Virus record (IMG/VR): IMGVR_UViG_3300044630_004416
Span: 1 to 41,439 of that record
Source of the DNA: a virus
Taxonomy: Duplodnaviria > Heunggongvirae > Uroviricota > Caudoviricetes
Strand: one strand, 5' to 3'
Length of the DNA: 41,439 nucleotides
Below the pieces are notes generated by a model. That model was not told the DNA's origin. It made no database searches and saw only the letters and a program-made list of their open reading frames with translations. Below are positions 8,104 through 16,500 of the stretch, piece after piece. A program made the position numbers and the translations under genes. Position 1 is the first letter of the stretch, and each line of letters opens with the position of its first letter.

Positions 8104-9086
8104 ACTTTTTTCCATTGAGTAAATTTAAGTTTTGCTTCTAGTCCTTTATAAGTATTTTCGGCTATCAATTGCTGTGGGACAAGTCCAGCAATTACCATAT
8201 CGTTTATATCTTTTTGTTGGATATTAGATGGCCAAATGACAATCTTTTCTCCAGACTCAATCAATTTTTCATAACGTTGTACAATCTGAAAATTTCTGGG
8301 TTCATTGTCTAAAATGAAAACTCTATCCTTGTAAATAGATTTTTCTAAATCAACATCAGAACCACACATAGCGATTGCATTAGAAAGAAAAAGAGAGTCA
8401 AAGGGACCCTCTGTGACATAAATTGTATTGTTAAAATTTACAGTATCAAGTCCAAATAATTTAACATACCTGTCATCCAGTATGGTAGTAATGTAGCGTA
8501 GATTTGAATTTTTGTCAATAGCTCTACCTTGATATCCAAACATCTTGCCACTTTTTGATAGAAGTGGAATAACAATCCTGGCTTCTTTTTTATTGTTTTC
8601 GATATTTGCCCAAGCATTAAAATCTTCAGCGTAGTAAAATTTAGAAAAGTATTTTTCTGGGATTTGTCGTTTGAGAAGATATTCTTTTGCTTGGTGTGAA
8701 TTATTTAGTTCTGATATTTTTGGTAAATCTATGTCTAGAGATTTCTTAAATATTGGTTTGGTAAACTCTACTGCCAGTTTAGGATTTGCTGTATTTGAGC
8801 CTCTACCAGTAGTACCATTTTTAAATCTTTCCATGACATATTCATCATGGAGTCTTGCGTCAATATCCTTCAAAAAATTAGCAAGAGTTCTTCCTACTCC
8901 ACAATTGTGACACCTAAAAAGCATTTCTGACTTTTTAAGATAAAAGAACCCTCTTGCCTTATTTTTACTTCGTGAAGAATCTCCACAATAAGGACATCTG
9001 AAGTTATATAAATTTTCTTTCTTTTTAGCGAACTTATCTAGTCTAGCAGAAATTAAATTGATGTATTTTGTATCAATGTAAGTCAT
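8100..9086 (-). CDS. gp61: DNA primase (T4 gp61)
   Basis: Zn finger CPYCGDS...CHNCG and TOPRIM motifs EGPFDS and DNE. Confidence 0.95.
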   Translation of the reverse strand: MTYIDTKYINLISARLDKFAKKKENLYNFRCPYCGDSSRSKNKARGFFYLKKSEMLFRCHNCGVGRTLANFLKDIDARLHDEYVMERFKNGTTGRGSNTANPKLAVEFTKPIFKKSLDIDLPKISELNNSHQAKEYLLKRQIPEKYFSKFYYAEDFNAWANIENNKKEARIVIPLLSKSGKMFGYQGRAIDKNSNLRYITTILDDRYVKLFGLDTVNFNNTIYVTEGPFDSLFLSNAIAMCGSDVDLEKSIYKDRVFILDNEPRNFQIVQRYEKLIESGEKIVIWPSNIQQKDINDMVIAGLVPQQLIAENTYKGLEAKLKFTQWKKV

Positions 9087-9108
9087 CACAAAAGCTCAGT
9101 ATGCACCA

Positions 9109-9137
9109 ATCATACCACACCTAGAGTGGGTTGTCAA
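9109..9137 (-). promoter_or_regulatory. sigma70 promoter for primase-nrdA-nrdB
   Basis: TTGACA-17 bp-TATGAT. The -35 box overlaps the TGA stop of the upstream gene. Confidence 0.8.
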
Positions 9138-9562
9138 TCTGCCTTCTTGTGAGTATGTCCATCATGCTGCATCTGCATTTCAGATGGAGCCCACCATCCA
9201 GAAGCTAGTGTTGAAACTGCTGTTGTTAAAACTGCTAGAACAACTCCACATCCAACAGTCATCCATTTAATCTTTCCTATTTCCTTTACTTCTTTCTCGA
9301 TTTCATCAATTCTTTCCGAAACTCCATCATGCTGTTCTTTATTTTCAGCTCTGAGTTTATCAATAAGATTTGTTATTACTTCATCTGTTTTTGAACATTG
9401 TTCAATCTTTTCATCATGTATAGCCAACATCTTACTGATTGTTTGACTAGTCTCACTAATTTTCTCGATGGCGGAATCAATTTTTTTCATCATTCTCTCG
9501 TATACACTAAGCCTTTCTTCAAGTAACGCTAGCTTAGTTTCGGTTGAAGAATTTTGAAACAT
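9134..9562 (-). CDS. Hypothetical coiled-coil protein with C-terminal transmembrane helix
   Basis: Heptad-rich N-terminal region, then hydrophobic WMTVGCGVVLAVLTTAVSTLA. Confidence 0.75.
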   Translation of the reverse strand: MFQNSSTETKLALLEERLSVYERMMKKIDSAIEKISETSQTISKMLAIHDEKIEQCSKTDEVITNLIDKLRAENKEQHDGVSERIDEIEKEVKEIGKIKWMTVGCGVVLAVLTTAVSTLASGWWAPSEMQMQHDGHTHKKAD

Positions 9563-9581
9563 TTGTTTCTCCTACTTTGTT

Positions 9582-9956
9582 TTAACTTGTCCTTGATGAT
9601 GAAAATGTCATAATTTTTTCAAACCCAGCAGAAGATGAATTAATAGTCTTAATCATTTTAACTCTATTACTTGCATTCAAATTTCGATATAAATCTACCA
9701 ATTGTTGTGATTGGTCTGGAGAAACCTGTGCCTTTTCTCCATTATCAAACATTACTACAGATGGACGACCAGACATTGCAATTTGCTTTAACTGGTCAAT
9801 TACCTTTCCTCCACTTTCATGGAGTAAACCTTCAGAAACTTTAGTTTTCTTTTTTCTTTTTGAAGCTGGAATTCCAGGAGGCTCTACGCTTGGTGGTAGA
9901 GAAACTGCAGCTCCAGTTCCAACTGAATTTGCAGCTACTTCTTCATTGTAATTCAT
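9582..9956 (-). CDS. Hypothetical protein, probably virion-associated (start MNYNEEVAANS)
   Basis: ATGA overlap with the upstream stop at 9953-9956. Confidence 0.75.
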   Translation of the reverse strand: MNYNEEVAANSVGTGAAVSLPPSVEPPGIPASKRKKKTKVSEGLLHESGGKVIDQLKQIAMSGRPSVVMFDNGEKAQVSPDQSQQLVDLYRNLNASNRVKMIKTINSSSAGFEKIMTFSSSRTS

Positions 9957-10315
9957 ATCTTTTGAAGTTCCTCCAGGCAATATTGGTCAGTTTGAATATG
10001 AGGCAATGTAGTTGACTCTATTCTGTTTAAAAAAACCATAAAAGATTTTAATGCTGGCCAGTATTTGTTTTCTATTTTAAAAAACAATAATGGAGTGGCA
10101 GCATCACCAAAAATATTATATACTACAATTATGTGATTTAACAAAAGATGAGGTTTTAGAATTCCTTGATTTACATAACGTTTGAGTAATCTTTTGATAT
10201 ACTTAAACTTTTTCAGGTCTTCAAAAAAATCATCTTTTGTCATCGCATTTGGATTGTCATAATTTTTAATTGCAAAAAGCAAAAAATTATCATCATTTAA
10301 TTCATTAAATCTCAT
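9953..10315 (-). CDS. Conserved T4-like hypothetical protein
   Basis: MRFNELNDDNFLLFAIKNYDNP...HLLLNH resembles a widespread T4-like phage family. Confidence 0.8.
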   Translation of the reverse strand: MRFNELNDDNFLLFAIKNYDNPNAMTKDDFFEDLKKFKYIKRLLKRYVNQGILKPHLLLNHIIVVYNIFGDAATPLLFFKIENKYWPALKSFMVFLNRIESTTLPHIQTDQYCLEELQKI

Positions 10316-10328
10316 AATATATTACTTA

Positions 10329-11195
10329 TCAAACACTGGCTACGAATGTTAGGGTTGCAGAATTGGAAGTAACTTCCTCTGTTCCACCAGCAGATGTAAT
10401 CTTAACACGGAACTTGGTGCCACTTAGAGTTGAAGTAGCATTAGTTAGTGTTAGAGTTGCTGAGGTAGCACCAGAGTATACACCACCATTGGTAATATTA
10501 GTCCAAGTAGTTCCAGTTGCAGACTGTCTCTGCCATCTGTATGCTAGAGTTCCAGGTGTTCCTGTAGTTGTAGTTGATACTGTGAATGTTGCATCATTTG
10601 TACCTACAGTTGCAACTGTAATGGTCAAATCGTTTGTAGTATCAACACCACCTAGAGCACTACCTAAAACAGTGATAGTTTCATTTGCAGCATAACCACT
10701 TCCCTTGTTGGTTACTGTTACTGTATAAGAACCACCTGCTCTTGCTACAGTAAACTGAGCACCAGTTCCAGAACCAGATGCAGTTCCTGTAACCGCAGTA
10801 TATGAAGCAGTTCCTGTTGCTGCAGTACCTGCACTGGTGACAGTTAGAATTGCACCATCAGTATAGAATGATGCGTTAGCTGGCTGTACAGAAATTGTTA
10901 CTGCTGATGCTGCATCTGCTGCAATAGTATCATCAGACTGAGTTTCGTTTGCGTTTGTATCTGGGTTAGATAGTGCAACTAGCTTTTCTGCTTTATGGCG
11001 AGTATTTCCTGCAGCATCAGTATATGTGAAATATGACCACCAACCAGGACCATCAATACCACGAGTACGGTTCTCATTTAGTGCAGCTTCTGTTTCATCA
11101 ACAAAAACAATTGTTTTTGCCTGTGAAGATGCAGAAATAGTCTTTTCGACTTTTGACTTATTTGCGTTAGAATCAGTTCTTCCGTAAAGAGACAT
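10329..11195 (-). CDS. Late structural protein with beta-rich/Ig-like C-terminal domains (decoration or fibre candidate)
   Basis: Thr/Ala/Gly-rich; Ig-like YRWQ...ATLTL...FRVKIT pattern; late promoter at 11229-11236. Confidence 0.75.
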   Translation of the reverse strand: MSLYGRTDSNANKSKVEKTISASSQAKTIVFVDETEAALNENRTRGIDGPGWWSYFTYTDAAGNTRHKAEKLVALSNPDTNANETQSDDTIAADAASAVTISVQPANASFYTDGAILTVTSAGTAATGTASYTAVTGTASGSGTGAQFTVARAGGSYTVTVTNKGSGYAANETITVLGSALGGVDTTNDLTITVATVGTNDATFTVSTTTTGTPGTLAYRWQRQSATGTTWTNITNGGVYSGATSATLTLTNATSTLSGTKFRVKITSAGGTEEVTSNSATLTFVASV

Positions 11196-11228
11196 TTAAA
11201 AATCCTCTGAAATATTTTATTCTGTTAT

Positions 11229-11258
11229 TATTTATAAAAAATGGGGAGTTACCTCCCC
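11229..11258 (-). terminator. Intrinsic terminator overlapping a late promoter (TATAAATA, 11229-11236)
   Basis: GGGGAG-GTAA-CTCCCC-ATTTTTTATAAATA on the minus strand. Confidence 0.75.
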
Positions 11259-11289
11259 AGAATTAACTATGAAATTTAGGTAATAAGTA

Positions 11290-11460
11290 TCAGCAATTCT
11301 TTAGAAGTGCTGCTCTTACTGTGGATGCAATTACATTATCTACATCATTATCTGTAGTTTTCACATATCTATCAAGCAAATCACATACTAATTTTTTTGT
11401 TGCACAGCTATTTAATGTAGCAACAAGAATTGGTTTAACTAGTTCTACGAGTGCTCTCAT
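11290..11460 (-). CDS. Small conserved cyanophage hypothetical protein, 56 aa
   Basis: ATG at 11460; ATAAATA at 11487-11493 upstream; TTDNDVD motif. Confidence 0.7.
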   Translation of the reverse strand: MRALVELVKPILVATLNSCATKKLVCDLLDRYVKTTDNDVDNVIASTVRAALLKNC

Positions 11461-11489
11461 GGTTTTTCCCAACTACGGCTATTAACTAT

Positions 11490-14327
11490 TTATCTTAAAT
11501 TTGGGTTTCTCTCTCTTGCAGATAGTGATGGATGGTCATCTCTGTATCTTCTTCTTGGAGCTTCATCATCGTACTCATCTTTCTTTCTAGTTGCTCCTTT
11601 ATGAAGTCCAGTGTCTCCTGGTGCTTTTTGTTTTTCTAAAGTAGCATCTTTACTTAACAGTTGAGCACTTCCAAGTCTACTTGCCTGAACTTCTTTTGGA
11701 GTTCTGGTTCTTCTGAGACCACCTTTTTGTGCTTCTCTCTTTTCAATAGCTCTTGCAGCCCAACCAAGTTTTGTTTCATCAAGTTCGACTTCTTCCATTG
11801 CATGTCCCATTGGAAGTTTTCCTTGTTTCTGCAACTGAAGTCTTTGTTGTTGAAGCATTAGCTGCTTTTTTGACATCATTTGTTGATTCTTAAGTCTCTG
11901 AGAATCTTTAGCTGCATCTGGAGTTACTTGCTCTGCTTTGTATTTTTTCCAAGCAGTTGCATATGCAATTCCTCTTTCTTTTTTGGTTAGCCCATCTTCA
12001 GAATATCCTTTTTTGATGTGCTTGACCATTCTCTCATACTTTTTGCCTGGAGGTGCTTTCTCTTCAATACTTTCAATTTCTTCTGCAGTCATTTTAAATG
12101 TTGGATTAATTATAACTCCATCCTTTACTTTACCTTTCATTTTTGGTTGATGATTGGTAGTTAAGGTAGAAGTTGTTTTAACAAATTTTTTAGTAGCTTC
12201 ATCCTCACTAGCTTCAGTTAGTTGCTTCCAATTAGCAAATTGAAAATCTGATTTGTTATAAATTGTAGAAAGTTTTTCTTGAATAGTATTCAATGCAGTA
12301 TTAGTAGTTTCTACTTCTTCAGATAACATTAAATTAGCTTGCTCAATAAAATAATCAAAATGTTCTTGGTCAATTGATTCAAAAATTTCATTGACTTCAT
12401 CATAGTTAAATGCAATCTCAGATTCAATAAAGTAACGAGTTAGAAGTTCTTTTTCTTCTTTTGTCATTTTTTTAACAAAAGCACCAGCAGCTCTTCCTGC
12501 CGCAGCAGCATTTGACTTACCAGCTCTCTTGGCTGCTACAGCTTGTCCTGCAGCTGCTCCTGCAGCTCCTGCAGCTTTGACTGCAGTTCTACCTGCAGCC
12601 TGAGCAGCTCTACCTGCCGCAACAGTTGCTTTTCTTCTTGCTCTAGTTGCTGATGCAGATTTTTCAGCTTCTTTGCCCCTTGCTCTAACTGCATCATAAG
12701 TTGCCTTAACTTCTGCTGCACGTCTTGCTCCTACTTTCTTTGCAGTATCTACCGTTTTTCTGAGAAGTGCAGTATCTCTTTCAGCTCTTGCTTTGAGTGC
12801 TCCAAGAATACCACCCTTAGCTTTTTCTTTTGTTTGTGTTGCTGTAGATTTAGTTTCTGGTTGTGATTTTTTGACATTAGCGATTTTAGATTGACTCTTT
12901 AGTGCTGAAGTCATTCCAGATGACTTGCTTGATTCCTTTTCCTTTTCTGCCTTTCTTGCTTTGTGCTCTGCAGTTCCACGAATAGCAGATGCCTTAGCAC
13001 CACCCTTTAGTGAACCAATTGACTTTCCACCTTTGGACATTCCAGAACCACGAACTTTAGTTCCTCCTGCACCTCTTCTCCATTCTAAAAGAACTTCTTC
13101 CTCTTCTGATAAAAGTTCAACATAATAGCAGAATGCATCAATTCCCATCTCTTCGATTAGAATATCAATGCCATATTCATTAAGACCTTCTGCGATAAAA
13201 TAATCTGCTGCAAATTCAGCAAGTTCTTCAAAACTAAAGTCTTCTTTATATCCTTTTGCCTTTGGAACTCCTTTTGAAGGAACACAATTTGGAACTTCAC
13301 GACCACCTTTTTTCTTCATTCCAACTTGAGTGTATCCTTTCCAACATGGGTCCTCTTCATTTACTAAATCATACTCTTCAGGAAGACCTTTTGAACCACC
13401 TACTTTATTATATGCAGCTCTACGCTTAGCATCACTCTTATTGTACTGATGATATTCTTTTTCGCTTGAACTAAGTTTTGGAGTATTTACTGGTCTTGCA
13501 CCTGGCTTAGTTGGTGCATCTGGTTTAGCACCACGAGCACGACCTAAAGTATAATATCTGGGACCAGTTTCAGAATCTCCTGAAATTCTCTTTCCTGCGT
13601 CAGAACGTCCAGCTTGATACTCTTTCTCAGATTGACCATGCTTACCTTTGTAGAGTTCGTCTAGTTCAAACTCTTCTTTATTCATTCTCTCCTTTGCTCT
13701 AAGTTTTCCAACCTTTGAGTAAATACGAGATGCTTGTGCAGCCTTCTTAGCAGCAGTTTGTCTATCACCAGCATTTGCAGCAAGTCTTCTTTGATTATCT
13801 GCTTTCTGTGATGCAGTAATTGCAAGAGCAGCAGAAATTTCATCAATCTGTTCTACTTCTTCATTACGTTGTCTACGCTTAGCAATAGCAGCAGCAACTG
13901 CACTTCTGCGCTTGCGAATATACTTATCATTCTTATCATTTGGTTTGCCATCATTATCAATATCAGCATCTTCACGACCTACTGGGTCTAATGCTTCTCT
14001 ACGAATATTGCTCTTAGCATTTAATTTTGCTTGAATACGTTGCTTCATTTCTGGCATAGAAGCAACATTATATAGAGCTAAAGTTGGAGCACTAAATGTT
14101 GTGCCATTGGTGTACACAGACACACCCATATAATCTCTGATTTTCTTATCTTCAAGAAGAGTTAGAGCATACTCTAAAGTAACGTCAATCAAATTCTCTC
14201 GTAGATAATTTTCTTGAGATTCCACATCACCTGGAAAATATGATGCCACAGTCTCCACCATTTTTGTAGCTCTATACATCATGTCTGGAGAAAGAGACAT
14301 GAATTTTGCCGCAATTGATAAATCCAT
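11490..14327 (-). CDS. 945-aa modular late protein (putative internal head polyprotein)
   Basis: Basic modules alternate with acidic EE-x-x-(L/I)-x-E linkers. ATAAATA boxes at 14354-14370. Confidence 0.8.
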   Translation of the reverse strand: MDLSIAAKFMSLSPDMMYRATKMVETVASYFPGDVESQENYLRENLIDVTLEYALTLLEDKKIRDYMGVSVYTNGTTFSAPTLALYNVASMPEMKQRIQAKLNAKSNIRREALDPVGREDADIDNDGKPNDKNDKYIRKRRSAVAAAIAKRRQRNEEVEQIDEISAALAITASQKADNQRRLAANAGDRQTAAKKAAQASRIYSKVGKLRAKERMNKEEFELDELYKGKHGQSEKEYQAGRSDAGKRISGDSETGPRYYTLGRARGAKPDAPTKPGARPVNTPKLSSSEKEYHQYNKSDAKRRAAYNKVGGSKGLPEEYDLVNEEDPCWKGYTQVGMKKKGGREVPNCVPSKGVPKAKGYKEDFSFEELAEFAADYFIAEGLNEYGIDILIEEMGIDAFCYYVELLSEEEEVLLEWRRGAGGTKVRGSGMSKGGKSIGSLKGGAKASAIRGTAEHKARKAEKEKESSKSSGMTSALKSQSKIANVKKSQPETKSTATQTKEKAKGGILGALKARAERDTALLRKTVDTAKKVGARRAAEVKATYDAVRARGKEAEKSASATRARRKATVAAGRAAQAAGRTAVKAAGAAGAAAGQAVAAKRAGKSNAAAAGRAAGAFVKKMTKEEKELLTRYFIESEIAFNYDEVNEIFESIDQEHFDYFIEQANLMLSEEVETTNTALNTIQEKLSTIYNKSDFQFANWKQLTEASEDEATKKFVKTTSTLTTNHQPKMKGKVKDGVIINPTFKMTAEEIESIEEKAPPGKKYERMVKHIKKGYSEDGLTKKERGIAYATAWKKYKAEQVTPDAAKDSQRLKNQQMMSKKQLMLQQQRLQLQKQGKLPMGHAMEEVELDETKLGWAARAIEKREAQKGGLRRTRTPKEVQASRLGSAQLLSKDATLEKQKAPGDTGLHKGATRKKDEYDDEAPRRRYRDDHPSLSARERNPNLR

Positions 14328-14362
14328 ATGATACTCTCTTTGTAAAAAATCTATATTTATTA

Positions 14363-15565
14363 TTATTTATCTTTTCGATTAGCTTTACTAAATGACTGAA
14401 TTTTTTCTCCAGGTGTCATTTTTTGAACGTAACTTCTGTAATCATCAGTTCCTATTTCTAGTGGTCCAGGATGATAACTCAAATCTTTAATCCAAGTTCT
14501 ATGAATTTTTTTCTGCTCATCAACAAAGATTACATAATTTGAACCTCTGGTTACAATTTTTCCAGAGATTCCAGTTTGCATATCTTCAACATATTCGCCA
14601 AGATTAAATATATTTCCTTGGTAATATTGTTCTCTAAGATTTACTATATCTAATTCTGGAGCAACATTCCAAACTTCTTCAGAAAGCTTCATTGATTTTC
14701 TGACTTGCATATAGATTGCACGACATTCCTTTTTACTTACATTACCAGGAAGTCCTTGCTTAAAAGTTTCATAGTCATTTTCAAGTGCAGCTTTACGCAT
14801 CATTGAACTAGTAATACCTTCAGATTTATCAGCATCTGGGTCAGTAATTCCTGCACCAACAACTTCTACTCCATAAAAATCATAAACTTCACCGTTATAC
14901 TTTTGTGCTATCTTTTCGTATTTTTTTACATTTTCATCACCACACATTAAAATCACATGATGATATCCTTCATCGTGCAATGATGATAAAATATCATAAA
15001 TGTTATCTCCGTTTTCTTTGTCATCAATAATATTCTCAGCATAATCTGGAAATACATGCTGCATGATATTTAATTTTGTTTTAAAGTCTAATGGATTCTT
15101 CTTACCATCAGAAGTTCTACTTGGATAAATTCTATATTCCGCATCTAATTCTTCTGCTTGTTCTTGTACTGCAGCTAGAAGTTTTTCATGTCCAAGTGTA
15201 GGTGGATTGAATCTACCAAATGTAATTACTATTGCAGGACCTTCACCAGGGGCTGGCTCCTGTGGTTGTGCAGAAGCAGCAGAACCAGCTCCTGCAGTAG
15301 GACTACTTGCAGGAGCTGGTTTAGTAGAAGCTGGTACATCAGCTGCAGATTGAGGACTAGAAGAAAGAGGAACACCGTTTTTAATTTTATCTTTTTCAGA
15401 TTTTGAGATGGGTACTAATTTACTTCCTCCCATTTCACTCTTTGCAACTATTTCACCTCTTGAATTAGAGTAATATCCTTTTCCAAGATGAACTAAACCT
15501 TTCTTTTCTGCTTCCTTTCCCGCTGGTGTTCTAGCTTCAATTACAAATTGTTTAAAAGTTTTCAT
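14363..15565 (-). CDS. Cytidylyltransferase-like HIGH-motif nucleotidyltransferase with N-terminal capsid-targeting-like sequence
   Basis: ITFGRFNPPTLGHEKLL, SRTSDGKKNPL and SSMMRKAA motifs. ATG 15565 gives MKTFKQFVIE. CTAAATA at 15591-15597. Confidence 0.85.
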   Translation of the reverse strand: MKTFKQFVIEARTPAGKEAEKKGLVHLGKGYYSNSRGEIVAKSEMGGSKLVPISKSEKDKIKNGVPLSSSPQSAADVPASTKPAPASSPTAGAGSAASAQPQEPAPGEGPAIVITFGRFNPPTLGHEKLLAAVQEQAEELDAEYRIYPSRTSDGKKNPLDFKTKLNIMQHVFPDYAENIIDDKENGDNIYDILSSLHDEGYHHVILMCGDENVKKYEKIAQKYNGEVYDFYGVEVVGAGITDPDADKSEGITSSMMRKAALENDYETFKQGLPGNVSKKECRAIYMQVRKSMKLSEEVWNVAPELDIVNLREQYYQGNIFNLGEYVEDMQTGISGKIVTRGSNYVIFVDEQKKIHRTWIKDLSYHPGPLEIGTDDYRSYVQKMTPGEKIQSFSKANRKDK

Positions 15566-15589
15566 CAAAAGAAACTGTTTCTACATCTA

Positions 15590-16060
15590 TTATTTAGGCA
15601 TCCAAGCTAGTTTCAGCAAAGATTTTGCTCGCATCACATTAGTAATTACAACTATACAATTATAAATGTCTGTTGTATTATCTCTAATAAATTTTAGAAT
15701 TAAATCTTTTTCTGGTTTATACAACTTTGAAGTTTTTCTCTTCATCAAATAATAATTTATTACCGAATTAGTTAATTCCTTTGGGTCTGCTAAATTCTGT
15801 TTTGTTTTTGGATATTTTTCTACAAAATTTGTTAATAGAGAATAGATAACAAAATTTTTATTCCTTGATACAATATCCAAAAAGTTTGAGCACAATTTAG
15901 AGAATCTACGAGCAGCTGAGAGGTAGTTATCAAATTTTTGTTTATCTTTTTCTTGAATACAAAATGATAGTGATTCAAGTAGAGCTAATGATTCATCTAC
16001 ACTTTTACTTCCATTGCTAAACAAATAAGATTCAATTGTGCCCAAACTAATTGAAGTCAT
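15590..16060 (-). CDS. Hypothetical helical protein, possible truncated DUF6267-like remnant
   Basis: 156 aa, TGATG-coupled to mazG. Recalled resemblance to the C-terminal helical part of the protein usually found before the cyanophage cytidylyltransferase. Confidence 0.65.
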   Translation of the reverse strand: MTSISLGTIESYLFSNGSKSVDESLALLESLSFCIQEKDKQKFDNYLSAARRFSKLCSNFLDIVSRNKNFVIYSLLTNFVEKYPKTKQNLADPKELTNSVINYYLMKRKTSKLYKPEKDLILKFIRDNTTDIYNCIVVITNVMRAKSLLKLAWMPK

Positions 16061-16500
16061 CAGATATCTCCTTCTTTACGATTCTCTGAACGAAACACTC
16101 GGAAAGCACCTTCTGGATATCGAGCAGTTAGCTTGTCTACATTAGTCTCTAGAACTTCTTCGATGTTAGTTCCTAGTGCAATACATCCCTGAGCAATATA
16201 CCACATAACATCACCAAGTTCTTTAATCATGTGAATTCGTGATTGCTCATTATATGGTTTACCTTGGAAAGCAATCTTTTTAACCACTTCAGCAAACTCA
16301 CCTCCCTCAGCAGTAAGACCAATAGCAGCAGTCAGAAGTCGGTTCAAATCAACGCCAGCACCCATTACATTGTCTTCAGGCACTTTACGTTCTAGTTCAT
16401 TTACCCTAGTAATAAATTCTTCTGGGTTGCTAGAAGCTAGGCTAGTAGTATCTCCAACAAATTGTTGATAAGCATCAAGACTAATTAGTTTCTTTGTCAT
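16060..16500 (-). CDS. mazG: MazG-like nucleotide pyrophosphohydrolase
   Basis: GLTAEGGEFAEVVKK, ELGDVMWY and NVDKLTARYP motifs. Confidence 0.95.
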   Translation of the reverse strand: MTKKLISLDAYQQFVGDTTSLASSNPEEFITRVNELERKVPEDNVMGAGVDLNRLLTAAIGLTAEGGEFAEVVKKIAFQGKPYNEQSRIHMIKELGDVMWYIAQGCIALGTNIEEVLETNVDKLTARYPEGAFRVFRSENRKEGDI

